NCBI RefSeq assembly: GCF_963921235.1
Contig: NC_086108.1
Coordinates: 89,840,001-89,904,000, forward strand
Origin: Mobula hypostoma
Taxonomy: Eukaryota
DNA length: 64,000 bases
Direction: 5' to 3'
Numbering within the stretch: the first letter of the stretch is position 1; the number at the start of each line of letters is the position of its first letter. Shown in pieces: positions 37,420 to 51,129 of this stretch. The notes under the pieces are model-generated. The model made no database searches. It was not told the DNA's origin and worked only from the letters and a program-made list of their open reading frames with translations. The translations under genes were made by a program, and so were the position numbers.

Positions 37420-39333
37420 ATGTATGAGAACATTGCCAATGTCTTCCCTACCCCAATGAATAGTGGTTCCATGCAGAAAACCTAAAGCTTCAGTAGCAGA
37501 GCTACTTCAAGTGTGAGCTAGTTAGGACATGTGGTAAATCTGGGAATTCTAGTCTAACAGTTTCTGGGCAAATAGCTGTGCTTTCCAAGTGGAACAGCAG
37601 TGGTTTCACTATGTGTTTCACTTTATTTTATTGTCATTCAAGTAAGCGACCGTGCAAAACTGTGCTCGGAATAATGTCCGCAATAGGGCGGGTACTCTAA
37701 CTTGCATTTGCCTTCTTTTTTCCTCATGAGAAAGGTGAGATGGTGCATGTTAGATTGTTTCCTTTTACAAATAGAGTAATGATAAATGGAATAAAACGTT
37801 CTAAAGAGATATATGGATGTTTCATTTTTTTTGTAAAATAAACATAATAAAGAAACAGGAATTAAAATTCTGTGCAACACCCAGTTAAAAACAGCTTCTT
37901 TAATCTAATACCTATTGTTATAGTTTGTAGGATATACACCCAGTACTTGATCTTCCAGTTTCACCGTCTAGAGAAAGAGAGACTGCAATGTGTCATTCAC
38001 TGTCACTGTCAGTCTCTCTAGAGGAAGAGGGAGTAAAACAAAGGCTGCCCTTTTGATCCCTCCCACAACTCTGTCTGTCAGGGTTTGGTTTGCCAAACTG
38101 CCAATCAAAGTCAGCAACTCAAGTTGATGTGATCCTAATGGTAGCTTTTGTGGCTGCTTTCACCAAGCCCCTGCCATGTACGATGACTAAAATGGACATG
38201 AACAACTTTGGAATGAATTCTCCACTGTCTCAAAACTGATACTGCATAGACAAGTCGACAGCCCTTCTTTCCACTCAGTCAAAAATAAAACAGTGCTCAA
38301 AATGGTTTCTGAATTTCTAGGGATTAAAACTATTTGGCAAGCCAAATCTCACCTTGCAGCACTAGAAGTTCCTTTAAAGGAAAGATCGAAATATTACATA
38401 AAAACCACCATAGCAGTCTCAGAATTTTCTCATTACCAACATGATTGACTTTTAATTTTAATACAACTTAAGAACAAACTTTATCTGGGTGAGTCACAAT
38501 ATAGAGAGTTGAATACCCAACTTCTCTCATTCTGCTTTCAAATAGCTTTACAATGGCATCTAAATTATGTTATTGAAGTAAATGGCAAGTTATTTTCAAT
38601 AAAAAGGAAACAGAAATAATTCATGCTGATGACTCTTCACCAAAATTTTTATCAATACCGATGAAAAGTATTTGCTTTTAAAAGTTAGCAATCGTCAAAG
38701 TGCTAGGGAAATTCAGTAGGTCAGGCAGCATCTGTGAAGGGAAATGGGCAATTAACATTTGAATTAAAAACCTTCAATTGGACATAACATTAGCTCAGTT
38801 TTTCTCGGCATAGATACAGATTTCCAAGTATCTCTGTCATGGTCCAGTCCGTGAAATCCGTATTCCGGTTCACAGTCCGGTCCATCGACCCTTGCTCCAG
38901 GTTTTCCTGTTTACCCTGTTTCTGTTCTTGTTTAGCTCTAATTGAGGCAGCTAATGCTCATTGGGGCTGGCTTCATTAATATCTCCAGAGCCCAGGGCGC
39001 GGGTGCTGGATTGTTCTTGTCCTTACTCCTTGTATCCCTTGCTCTGCCTTCTGTTTCCTTGCCTGAAGCCCTGCCTTGTCTTGCCGGTAACTCTCGCCTC
39101 ATCTGAAGTTCTCGTCTCGCCTTGCATTGCCTGAAGCCTTGCCTTGTCTTGCTGATAACTCTCGCCTCGTCTTGCCTGCAGTCTTGTCCTGAAGCCACCC
39201 TGTACCTAGCTCCCTTCCTGTCCCTTGCCTCCGCCCAGGTAAGCCAGCCCGTCTTGCCGTTACCTGCGATTGGTTCTGTCCCTTCCTGTCCCTTGCCTCT
39301 GTCGGGTGGTGATCTGCGCCTTTCCCAGGAGTA

Positions 39334-39409
39334 CCGCGCCCTGCCCAGATGATCCGCGCCCTGCCCAGGTGATCCGCGCCCTGCCCAGGTGATCCACGCC
39401 CTGCCCAGG
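39334..39409. repeat. 20-bp tandem repeat, about 4 copies
   Basis: GATCCGCGCCCTGCCCAGGT units. Confidence 0.9.
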
Positions 39410-39412
39410 AGG

Positions 39413-39750
39413 AGCCTGCCTAGCCTCAAGCCTAAAGACTCCAGCCTCCTGCCTAGCCTCAAGCCTGAAGACTCCAGCCTCCTGCCTAGCCTCAAGCCTG
39501 AAGACCCCAGCCTCCTGCCTAGCCTCAAGCCTGAAGACTCCAGCCTCCTGCCTAGCCTCAAGCCTGAAGACCCCAGCCTCCTGCCTAGCCTCAAGCCTGA
39601 AGACTCCAGCCTCCTGCCTAGCCTCAAGCCTGAAGACCCCAGCCTCCTGCCTAGCCTCAAGCCTGAAGACTCCAGCCTCCTGCCTAGCCTCAAGCCTGAA
39701 GACCCCAGCCTCCTGCTTCGCCTCAAGCCTGAAGACTCCAGTCTCCTGCC
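39413..39750. repeat. 30-bp minisatellite, about 10-11 units, with alternating variants
   Basis: Unit AGCCTCCTGCCTAGCCTCAAGCCTGAAGAC[T/C]CC read directly; T and C variants alternate. Confidence 0.97.
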
Positions 39751-41041
39751 TCCTGCCAAGCCTCGCCTCGCCTTAAGTCTCCTGCCTCCTACCAAGCCTC
39801 GCTTCAAGTCTTTAAGACTCCAGCCTCGTCCTGCCTGCCAGCCAAGCCTTGTCCTTGCCTAATTCTGGGGTCCGAGCCAGAGGCAAGACCCAGGTACTGG
39901 GTCCTTGTCCAGTCTCTGGCTCGGAGTCCGAGTCCGGGCTCCTAGCTCTTTTGTCCAGTCCTGTTCCAGGTTCCTGATTTTCCTGTCCATGTCCTTGCCA
40001 TCGCCCTGTAGCCTAGTCCTGTCCCTAGTACTTCAGCGTCTGTGTCTTGCACTTGGGTCTGCACCCAGCCACCGCCTTATGACAATCTCTAGCATCTTCT
40101 GGTTTTATGGCAGAAATCCATTCTCAGTTGCCCAATTCATACATACTATACACTGGAAATTAATTTTAACTAGCCATATTTGTTTACCACGACTTGAACC
40201 TGGGAAGTAAAGCACTTCGAGAAAGAAGTACTGGTAAATGCCCAAACTGGGAAGAAACTTTTGATGAAATGTGGATGTACAGTATATCATACAGATGCAG
40301 TGTCAGTCATTTAATACAACTGATTTTATGGATCTTGTTACGACATTTGTGAACATATTCCACAGAACTAAATAATGACTACCCTAGGTAACTGGACATA
40401 CAATCTGTTTAACATGAAAATAGTTATGGAGGTCAAAGAAAGAATGACTCATGTTTTGGCCAAGAGCATTTCTTTCTGATTCAAATTTTTAATTGGAGTC
40501 TCTGCCAATTGAAACTATGATTCAGTGCTATTTGGATTATCATACTCACAAAAGTCAAATAAGTTAAGGTTTTATTTAATATAATATGGAAGTACATAAT
40601 CCTGGGGTAGAAATCAAACCATTCAGCTACAGTGGTTTAAAATCCTTTGCAAGTTAATGCAATACTTGAGATGTTTATATGCTCAAAATTTGAAACAGGT
40701 CATATTTGTAATGGTTATTTGAACTGTTGTTCACAATATAATAGACCAATATATTGATCAATTTATAGTAACATTTATTTTGGTGCAAATATAACCTCTA
40801 ATTGAAAAGAAATCATTGACCACTGAAGTTCGATATAAATAGTACCTGCACAAGAGCAAGAGTAGTTGTGATACAGAAAAGGAAACAAATGATCTGTTCC
40901 ATAGCATTTCCCCTTTTTATTTCTGTTCTTTACACATTTACACACAACCACTCAAGATCTGGTTCTGCCATCATCAGTATTACATATTTTATATATTAGA
41001 CTTTTCTTAAACAACATCTAAGATTGAAAAGCAGAAAATCT

Positions 41042-44000
41042 AAAGTTCAAAGTTCAAAATAAATTTACTATCAAGTTACATATATGTCACCATATACAAT
41101 CCTGAGGTATATTTTCTTGTGGGAATACTCAATAAATGCATACTAGAATAATAACCATAATAGAATCAATGAAAGACCGTACCAGCTTGAGCATTCAACC
41201 AGCATGCAAAATACAACAAACTGCAAATACAAAAAGAAAGCAATAACAATAATAAATAAATAAACAATAAATATTGAGAACATGAGATGAAGAGTCCTTG
41301 AAAGTGAGATCATTGGTTTTGGGAACAATTCAGTGATGGGGCAAGTGAAGTTGACCGAAGTTACCCCTTTGCTTCAAGAGCCTGATGGTTGAGGGGGTAA
41401 TAACCGTTCCTGAACCTGGTGGTGTGAGTCGTGATGCTCCTATACCTTTGATTGCAGCAGCAAGAAGAGAGCATGGAGGGGGTCCCTGATGATGGATGCT
41501 GTTTTCCTGCGACAATGCTTCATGTATGTAGTATGCTCAATGGTGGGGAGGAACTGGGTCATATCCATTACTTTTTACAAGATTTTCTGTTCAAGGGCTT
41601 CGGTGTTTCAATACCAGGCTGTGATGCAGCCTGTCAATATACTCTTCACCAAACACCTATAGAAGTCTGTTAAAATTTTAGATGTCATGCCCACTCTTCG
41701 CAAACTCTGAAGGAGGTAGAGACTCTGCCATGTTTTCTTCATAATTGTGCTTATGTGCTGTGCCCGGACAGATCCTTAGAAATAATAACACTGAAGAATT
41801 TAAGGTTGCCACCTCTGATCCTCCGATGAAGGCTGGCTTATGGACCTTTGGTTTCCCCTTCCTGAAGTCAATAATCAGCTCTCAGTCTTGCTGACAGTCA
41901 GCAAAAGGTTGTTGCTATGGCACCACTCAGCCAGATTTTCAATCTCCCTCCAATATGCTGAATCATCACCACCTTTGATTCAGCTTACAAATATGATGTT
42001 ATCAACAAACTGGAATATAGCCTTGGAGCTGTGCTTAGCCACATAGTCATAAGTGTAAAGCAAGTAGAGCAGGGAGCTAAGCACATGGCCTTGTGGTGCA
42101 CCCGAGCTGATGGAGATCATGGAGATGTTGTTGCCAATCCGAGCTGACTGGGATCTATAAGTGAGGAAACCGAGGATTCAATTGCACAAGGAGGTATTGA
42201 GGCCAACGTCCTGAAGCTTATTGATTTCCTTTGAGGGGATGATGACATTGAATGCTGAACTGAAGTCGATAAAGAGTATGCTAATGTAGGAACCTTTGCT
42301 GTCCAGATGTTCCAGAGTTGTGTGAAGAGCCAGCGAGGTGGTATCTGCTGTGGATCTGTTGCACCGGTAGGAAACTGAGTGGATCAAAGTCACTTCTCAG
42401 GCAGGAGTTGTTATGTTTCATCACCAACCTCTCAAAGTACTTCATCACTGTGGATATAAGTGCTATTGAACAATAGTCACTGAGGCAGGTTACCACATTC
42501 TTCGGAGGCACCGGTATAATTGAAACCTGCTTGAAGTAGGTGAGTACCTCAGACTGCTGAAGTGAGAGGTTTAATAAGTGAACACTCCAGCCAGTTGATC
42601 AGCACAGGTCTTGAGAACTTGGTCAGGTACCCCATCTGGGCCGGATGCTTTTTGTGGGTTCACCCTCTTGAATGTTGCTGCACATTGGTCTCAGAGACTG
42701 AAATCACAGTATCACTGGGGGCTGTCGGAGTTTATAATGGTTCCTCCATGTTTTGATGGTCAAAACAAGCATGGAAGGCATTGAGCTCATCTGGAAGCAA
42801 TGCCCTGTTGTCATTTATGTTTCTTGATTTAACTTTATATGAGGTGATATTATTCAAGCCCTTTCACAATTGTCGAGCATCCTTTGTTGATTTAAATTTA
42901 GTTCGGAATTGCCACTTCACCCATGAGATGCCTTCCTGGAGATGGTACCTGGACCTCTGGTAACTTCCTTGTCAAAAGACTTGAATGCCTCTGACTTGGT
43001 CCTCAGCAGATTGTGGATCACATGGGTCATCTAGCACTTCTGGTTGGGGAAGGCTTTGATTTTGTGGGGACACACTTCTCTACAACTGTTTTAATAAAGT
43101 CTATGACAACCGTGGTGTATTCATTTAGATCCACAGGTGAGTCTTACGACATGGCCTAGTCCACTGACTCAAAGTAATCAAGTAGCCGCTCCTCTGCCTC
43201 CCGAGACCACCCCTTTGTTGTCCTAATAGGGAAATGCAGTCTGGGGATGGAACTGTAGGCGTTCCTTACCTTAGTATAACAATGGTCTAGTGTATTTGGA
43301 CCTCTGGTGCTACATGTTATATGCTGATGATCGTTTGGCAGGATTTTCTTCAAACAAGCCAGGTTGAAGTCCCTGACAATGATTTGAAATGCATCTGGAT
43401 GGACTATTTCTTGTTTGGAGACATCACGAAGTATCTAAAGTGTTTCATTATGGTCAGCCACTAGTAATATGTAACTAATAGTCAGGATTATGAAGGAGAA
43501 CTCCCTAGGTAAATAGAACAGTTGGAATTTGACCTTTAAGTGTTCAAAATCAGGGGAACACGAGTTCAACAAAATCACTGGATCATCACCGAAAGTTTAT
43601 CATGAAATGCACACCTCCACCTTTTGCCTATTCCAAATCAGTAGTTTGGTCCATCCTGTGAATCAAAAAGGCTCCAGGTCTGATCGTTGTATCTGGCATG
43701 CTGGGAGCTAGCCACATCTCGTTCAAACACAGAATACAACAATCTCTGATTTCTGAAAATACAGCAATGTTGTCCTCAAGTTCTCAATTTTTTTCTCCAG
43801 CAACTGCACATTTGCTAGCAAGGTGCTGGGTAGAAGGGATTCTATTCCTCTGTGTTTCAGCCTGGCTTGGAGCCCTCACCTCCTCCTGCCTCACTTCCAG
43901 CCATAGCAATGAACCTTTGTCTGCTTAAAGGTGCTGTACCTGTTTCCATAAGAATTAAGTCCACCAAGTCCTCCATAAGTTTGTGAAATCTACAGATCAT

Positions 44001-44140
44001 TAAGTTGATTCAAAAGTACATTGCTTAAAGGGAAAGTACATGACTCAGATTCCAGTGTGAGTAATTCAAAAGAGGTATATTTATAAGTATTGTACGTAGC
44101 CTGCAGGACGTCACCATGGTTCACCAGCACCATCTTGGAA
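41042..44140 (-). mobile_element. Old near-full-length Rex1/Babar-like LINE
   Basis: Minus-strand remnants of APE (HQHITCSTRGPNTLDHCYT) and RT ([29 protein letters not shown]). 5' start CCAAGATGG near 44138 and a (TTTGAAC)n tail near 41042. Confidence 0.8.
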
Positions 44141-45175
44141 ACCTATGGAACTCCCAAGATTGGAGCACCTTGCAAACATGCAATAAATTCAAATTACTTG
44201 AGTTCTGGTTAAAAGGTACATAGAAGCTAAACGATTGGGCGGAAATTCATGTAGTAAGAAGAGATCACACTAAGAAATACACAGCAGTACAAAGAGGAAC
44301 AGAGATAATATTCAATTTATGTCAACAATTTATTTGGTCACGAGAAGCTCAATGGAACAATCATAATCATTTTTATTCTGGCTACACACATGTATAAATG
44401 TTTGCGATTATTGAGTTTTTCTTACATCTAATGCCTTCATTGGAATGTGAATTGACAGAGTTAGAGGCAGTTATGTGCTGATCTCAAATTGATAGAGATG
44501 TGTACATAATAAAAATCAAGGCTTTTAAATAACCACAATTCAAACTCACATTTTAAATGTGCACACTCTACTAGGTAAAATATTGCTTGAATTTTGTCAA
44601 TATGCAGACAATCTTATACACTAGTGTGCAGACTGAAGGCCTCATCTAGCCTGATCTGTCATTATGGCAATTGCGAGAGGCTCATATGCTGAGATAAATA
44701 ATAATGGCGATAACAGACAGTCCACTCTAGTGTCTGTTCCTTATTTAAAGAGTGTCAAAACCATGACATGTACTATGGCTGCAAGAGAGATTATGCATAG
44801 AGAGAAGATTTTTTTTAATAAACCTAGAAGCAATTTGATCATTCCTTTCAATATATCAGCCTATCATTCGGCAACATAGCTACAAAATTTCAAATTATGG
44901 TGAACTTGTGCAGCGTTTAAAATGAACACAGCAGTCAGATGGAACGAGACTGGATCACCTTATATTGAAGTGCAAAAAGTTTGACAGGATCAATTCCATA
45001 AGTTAGCTTCACCACCAAGAGTTCCATATTAACTGGAAAAATGAGTTTCCCAAACTTTCATTAAGAGAGAAAGGTAAACCGCAGGGGATACAAACTTGCT
45101 TGTGTTGAAACTGTACATTAAAATAGCAAATCAGAAGGACCTGCCCCATTCTGTCTACTGCCTTTCACACAAGGT

Positions 45176-46105
45176 AAGAAATAGGAGCAAAATTAGGCCT
45201 ATAGTCCATAAAGTCTTCTCTGCCATTTGATCGTGGAGTTGATCCATCTCTAACCCATTCACTGGCCTTCATCTTTGACTTCCTTACTAATCAAGAATCT
45301 ATTAACCTCCACCTTATTCTGAGGTTGTACCCTCTGGTCCTAGACTCCCCCACTCTTGAAAAAATACTCTCCACATTCACTCTGTCAAAGCCCTTCCATA
45401 TTCGTTGCGATTCAGTGAGATTCCCTGTCCTCATTTTCCTAGACTTCAGCAAGTACAGGCCCAGGGCCATCAACCACTCCTCATACGTTACCCCTTTCAT
45501 TATCGGCATCATTCTCGTGAACTTCCTGTCGAACTTCTCCAAAGCCAACTTATCCTTTCTTAGATAGGGGCACAAAACTGCTTTCAGTACTACAAGTGCA
45601 GTCTGACCAATGAATTACAAAGCCTCAGCATGACACCCTTGCTCTTGTATTCTGGTCGTCTCAAAATGAATGCTAACACTGCATTTGCATTCCTTACTAC
45701 TGAGTCAAACTGCAAGTTAACCTGTAGGGAATCCTGTACTAGGGCTCCCAAGTCCCTTTGCACCTCCGATTTCTGAATTAGCTTCCTGTTCAGAAAATAG
45801 TCCACACCGTTACTTCTTCAACCAAAGTGCACAACCAAACACTGTCCTACACTTTATTCTATCTGTACTTCTTTGTCCATTCTACTAATCTGTCCAAGTC
45901 CTTCTTCAGACACCCTGCTTCGTCAACACTGCCTGCTCCTCCAGCTAGCTTTATCTTGTCTGCAAACTTGGCCACAAAGCTATCAATTCCATCATCTAAA
46001 TTATTGACATTTCACGTGAAAGAAGTGATCCCCACACAGACTCCTGAAGGATACCACTAGTCACCAACCATAAAAGGCCCCTTTTATTCCCACTCTTTGC
46101 CGATC
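45176..46105 (-). mobile_element. CR1 3' fragment (older)
   Basis: QRDLGALVQDSL, RKDKLALEK and ESRTRGYNL, with a CR1 tail. Confidence 0.85.
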
Positions 46106-46159
46106 TTCTGGCTGTGCTAGTACAATGGCAATTATGCTGTTTTATTTTGCAAGCTCATG

Positions 46160-47113
46160 TAAGACCATAAGACCATAAGACACAGGAGCAGAATTAGGCC
46201 ATCTGGTCCATCGAGTCTGCTCTGCCATTCAATCATGGCGGATAGTTTTTTCTATATCCTCCTCAACCCCAGTTCCCAGCCTTCTCCCCATAACCCTTGA
46301 TGCCATGCCCAATCAATAACCTATCAATCTCTGCCTTAACTAAATTACCTGGCCTCCACAGCTGTATGTGGTAACAAATTCCACAAACTTCCCACCCTTT
46401 GGCTGAAGGAATTTCTCCGCATCTCTGTTTTGAAAGGGTGTTTTTCTATCCTGAGGGTGTGCCCTCTTGAACTAGGCTCTCCCACCATGGGAAACATCCT
46501 TTCCATATCTACTCTATCTAGGCCTTTCAACATTCGAAAGGTTTCAATGAGATCCCCCCTCATCCTTCTGAATTCCAGCAAGTACAGACCCAGAGCTATC
46601 AAACGTGCCTCGTATGATAAGCCTTTTGTTCCTGGAATCATCCTTGTGAACCTCCTCTGGACCCTCTCCAATGCCAGCACATCTTTTCTTAGATGAGAGG
46701 CCCAGAACTGTCTACAATACTCAAGATGAGGCCTCACCATTGCCTTATAAAGCCTCAGCATCACATCCTTGGTCGTGTATTCTGGACTTCTTGAAATGAA
46801 TGCTAACATGGCATTTGCCTTCCTCACCACCAACTCAACCTGCAAGTTAACCTTCAGGGTGTTCTGCACAAGGACTCCCAAGTCCCTTTGCACCTCAGAT
46901 TCCTGGATTTTCTCTCTGTTTAGAAAATAGTCCACATGTTTATTTCTACTACCAAGCTGCATGACCATGCATTTTCCAACATTGTATTCCATTTGCCACT
47001 TTCTTTCCCATTCTCCGAATCTGTCTAAGTCCTTCTGCATCCTACCTGTTTCCTCAACATTACCTGCCCCTTCACCAATCATCATATCATCTGCAAACTT
47101 GGGAACAAAGCCA
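46160..47113 (-). mobile_element. CR1 3' fragment (younger)
   Basis: 246-aa ORF from the RT end to the C-terminus. (CTTATGGT)n tail. Confidence 0.92.
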
Positions 47114-47639
47114 TAATATAAAAATATATAATATATACAAAGCCATATAATGACAGAGTAATATCAGATGTTCTTTCAAACAAACATAGGCTGTTTCAGC
47201 TGTATTCAAGCCAACAATCCTTAGAATGAAACTGCCAGTTCAACACACTGCTGTGTAGTTTAGATAGCATTAAAAATGGGGATGCATAGGGCACCCTATT
47301 TATCAGATGCTGTCTTAGGCCTTTTTGTGAAAGTGGTAATCCCTAGTTTAAATCCCTCAAACTCATGGGGCCAGGAAGCCATGTAGAACCTAATGAAACA
47401 TCAGTGGGCACAGCAGGCTAGGAAATTTGTACTGTGTATATTTCCACAAATGCAATTCAGCAGGACAGGGTAGGAGTCAAATGAATGTTGAAAATTGATT
47501 TAACTACCACTGGGGATTCAAGATTCAAGATTTAAGATTGTTTATTGTTATCCTTCAGTACACGAGTGTAAAGGAGAACAAAATGATTGTTACTCCAGAT
47601 CTGATGCAGAATAAAAACACAATAAATGTCAACGTGAAT

Positions 47640-50600
47640 GTGTTATTCCTTTCCCAGCTTGTGGCGCATCGGGAGGCAACCGCGCTACTTCTTGAGCATT
47701 TTTGTCTGTTTTTAACAAGGCCCAGTTGCTAGCTCAAAGCTCAAAGCAGCATGGGTGAAAAGCGCACGAGGAGCCAGCCAGATTCAAACCCGGGAACATT
47801 CACCTCACAGTCTGGTGCGAAAGTTGAAAAGCAGGACCTTGAGGGTGGTAATCTCAGGATTGCTACCTGTGCCACGTGCCAGTAAGGGTAAGAATAAGAT
47901 GCTCTGGAGGATGAACACGTGGCTGAGGAACTGGTGTAGGAGGCAGGGTTTCAGATTTCAGGATCATTGGGACCTCTTCTGGGGCAGGTGGGACCTGTAC
48001 AAGAGAGACAGATTACACCTGAACTACAGGGGGACCAATATCCCTGCAGGGAGGTTTGTTAGTGCTTTTGGGGAGGGTTTAAACTAGATTTGCGGGGGGA
48101 TGGGAACCAGAGTGCCAGAGCAGATAGTGGAGCAGGGGTGAAAATAAATGATGTTAAAAGTTCATGCAAAGTCACAAATAGAAGGGTCGTGTGTGGTAGT
48201 AATAATCTTCTGAGGTGTGTCTATTTCCATGCAAGGAGTATTGTGGGGAAGGTTGATGAGCTGAGGGCGTGGATTGACACATGGAATTATGACATTATAG
48301 CCATTAGTGAAACTTGGCTACAGAAGGGGCAGGACTGGCAGCTTAATGTTCCAGGGTTCCGATGTTTCAGATGTGATAGAGGCAGAGGAATGAAGGGTGG
48401 CGGGGTGGCATTGCTAGTCAGGGAAAATATTACAGCAGTGCTCAGGCAGGACAGATTAGAGGGCTTGTCTACCGAGGCCATATGGGTGGAGCTGAGAAAC
48501 AGGAAAGGTATGACCACATTAATGGGGTTGTATTATAGACCGCCCAATAGGCAGCAAGAATTGGAGGAGCTAATCTGCAGAGAGATAGCAGACAACTGCA
48601 GGAAATATAAAGTTGTGATTGTAGGGGATTTTAATTTTCCACATGTTGATTCGGATTCCCAGACTGTTAAAGGTCTAGGTGGGTTAGAGTTTGTAAAATG
48701 TGTTCAGGAAAGTTTTCTAAATCAATACATAGAGGTACCAACTAGAGAGGATGTAATATTAGATCTCCTATTAGGAAACAAGTTAGGACAGGTGACGGAA
48801 GTGTGTGTAGGGGAACAATTTGGTTCCAGTGATCAATACACCATTAGTTTCAACTTGATCATGGATAAAGATAGATCTGGTCCTCGACTCAAGGTTCGAA
48901 ACTGGAAAAAGGCCAAATTTAAGGAAATGAGAAAGGATCTAAAAAGTGTGGATTGGGACAGGTTGTTCTCTGGCAAGGATGTGATCTGTAAGTGGGAGGC
49001 CTTCAAAGGAGAAATTTTGAGAGTGCAGAGTTTGTACGTTCCTGTCAGGATTAAAGACAAAGTGAATAAGAATAACGAACCTTGGTTCTCAAGGGATATT
49101 GGAACTCTGATAAAGAAGAAAAAAGAATATATGACATGTATAGGAAACAGGGAGCAAATAAGGTGCTTGAGGAGTATAAGAAGTGCAAAAAAATACTTAA
49201 GAAAGGAATCAGGAGGGCTAAAAGCTGACATGAGGTTGCTTTGGCAGTTAATGTGAAGGATAATCCAAAGAGCTTCTACAGGTATATTAAGAGCAAAAGG
49301 ATAGTAAGGGATAAAATTGGTCCTCTTGAAGATTAGAGTGGTTGGCTATGTATGGAACCAAAAAAAATGGCGGGGGTATCTTAAATGGTTTTTTTGCGTC
49401 TGTATTTACTAAAGAAACTGACATGGAGTCAATGGAAATAAAGCAAACAAATAGTGAGATCATGGAACCTATACAGATTGAAGAGGAGTAGGTGCTTGCT
49501 ATCTTGAGGCAAATCAGAGTAGATAAATCCCCAGGACCTGACAGGCTATTCCCTCGGACCTTGAAGGAGACTAGTGTTGAAATTGCAGGGGCCCTGGCAG
49601 ATATATTTAAAATGTCAGTATCTACGGGTGAGGTATCGGAGGATTGGAGGATAGTTCATGTTGTTCCGTTGTTTTAAAAAGGTTCTAACAGTAATCTGGG
49701 AAATTGTAGGCCGGTACATTTGGCATCGGTAGTAGGTAAGTTATTAGGAGGAGTACTAAGAGATAGGATCTACAAGTATTTGGATAGACAGGGACTTATT
49801 AGGGAAAGTCAACATGGCTTTGTGCATGGTAGGTCATGTTTAACCGATCTATTAAGAGTTTTTCAAGGAGATTATCATGAAAGTGGATGAAGGAAAGGCA
49901 ATGGATGTTGTCTACATGGACTTCAGTAAGGCCTACAACAAGGTCCTGCATGGGAGGTTAGTTAGGAAGATTCAGTCGCTAGGTATACGTGGAGAGGTAG
50001 TAAATTGGATTAGACATTGGCTCAATGGAAGAAGCCAGAGAGTGGTAGTGGAGGATTGCTTCTCTGAGTGGAGGCCTGTGACTAGTGGTGTGCCACAGGG
50101 ATCAGTGCTGGGTCCATTGTTATTTGTCATCTATATCAATGATCTGGATGATAATGTGGTAAGTTGGATCAGCAAATTTGCTGATGATACAAAGATTGGA
50201 GGTGTAGTGGACAGTGAGGAAGGTGTTCAAAGCTTGCAGGGGGATTTGGATCAGCCGGAAAAATGGGCTAAAAAATGGCAGATGGAGTTTAATACAGACA
50301 AGTGTGAGGTATTGCACGTTGGAAGGACAAACCAAGGTAGAACATACAGGGTAAATGTTAAGGCACTGAGGAGTGCAGCAGAACAGAGGGATCTGGGAAT
50401 ACAGATACAAAATTCCCTAGAAGTGTTGTCACAGGTAGATAGGGTTGTAAAGAGAGCTTTTGGTACATTGGCCTTTATTAATCAAAGTATTGTGTATAAG
50501 AGTTGGAATGTTATGGTGAGGTTGTATAAGGCATTGGTGAGGCTGAATCTGGAGTATTGTGTTCAGTTTTGGTCACCAAATTACAGGAAGGATATAAATA

Positions 50601-51120
50601 AGGTTGAAAGAGTGCAGAGAAAGTTTACAAGGATGTTGCCGGGACTTGAGAAACTCAGTTACAGAGAAAGGTTGAATAGGTTAGGACTTTATTCCCTGGA
50701 GCGTAGAGGAATGAGGGGAGATTTGATGGAGGTATATAAAATTATGATGGGTATAGATAGAGTGAACGCAAGCAGGCTTTTTCCACTGAGGCAAGGGGAG
50801 AAAAAAACCTGAGGACATGGGTTAAGGGTGAAGGGGGGAAAGTATAAAGGGAACATGGGGGGGGGCTTCTTCACACAGAGAGTGGTGGGAGTGTGGAATG
50901 AGCTGCCAGATGAAGTGGTAAATGCGGGCTCACTTTTAACATTTAAGAAAAACCTGGACAGATACATGGATGAGAGGTGTATGGAAGGATATGGTCCGGG
51001 TGCAGGTCAGTGGGACTAGACAGAAAAATGGTTTGGCACAGCCAAGAAGGGCCAAAAGGCCTGTTTCTGTGCTGTAGTGTTCTATGGTTCTATGGATGCC
51101 ACTGCACCACCAGCCAGCTA
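47640..51120 (-). mobile_element. tRNA SINE split by the CR1 (pieces 47640-47819 and 51094-51120)
   Basis: Joining AGTCTGGTGCG to GATGCCACTGCACCACCAGCCAGCT reconstructs the sequence seen intact at 4436-4471. Confidence 0.8.
47820..51093 (+). mobile_element. CR1 LINE: ORF1 esterase C-terminus plus near-complete, frameshifted ORF2
   Basis: ORF1 SGNH-like end (VVISGLLPVP...DRLHLNYRG), APE ORF 48090-49256, RT ORF 49877-50812 (GVPQGSVLGP, FADDTK) and a (TTCTATG)n tail. Inserted inside a SINE. Confidence 0.95.
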
Positions 51121-51129
51121 TCAATGTAA

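Larger units (their letters stand above)
38835..40084 (+). mobile_element. Solo LTR (probably Gypsy/BEL type) with 5-bp TSD
   Basis: Inverted termini TGTCAT...ATGACA. ATCTC is duplicated at 38830-38834 and 40085-40089. Orientation is inferred. Confidence 0.85.

Noticed and set aside
39413..39750. 30-bp array as a CRISPR array or a repetitive protein gene (ORFs 38938-39807 and 39389-39862)
   Set aside because: The units are contiguous with no unique spacers and there are no cas genes. The context is a eukaryotic LTR, and the ORFs follow from a stop-free unit whose length is a multiple of 3.
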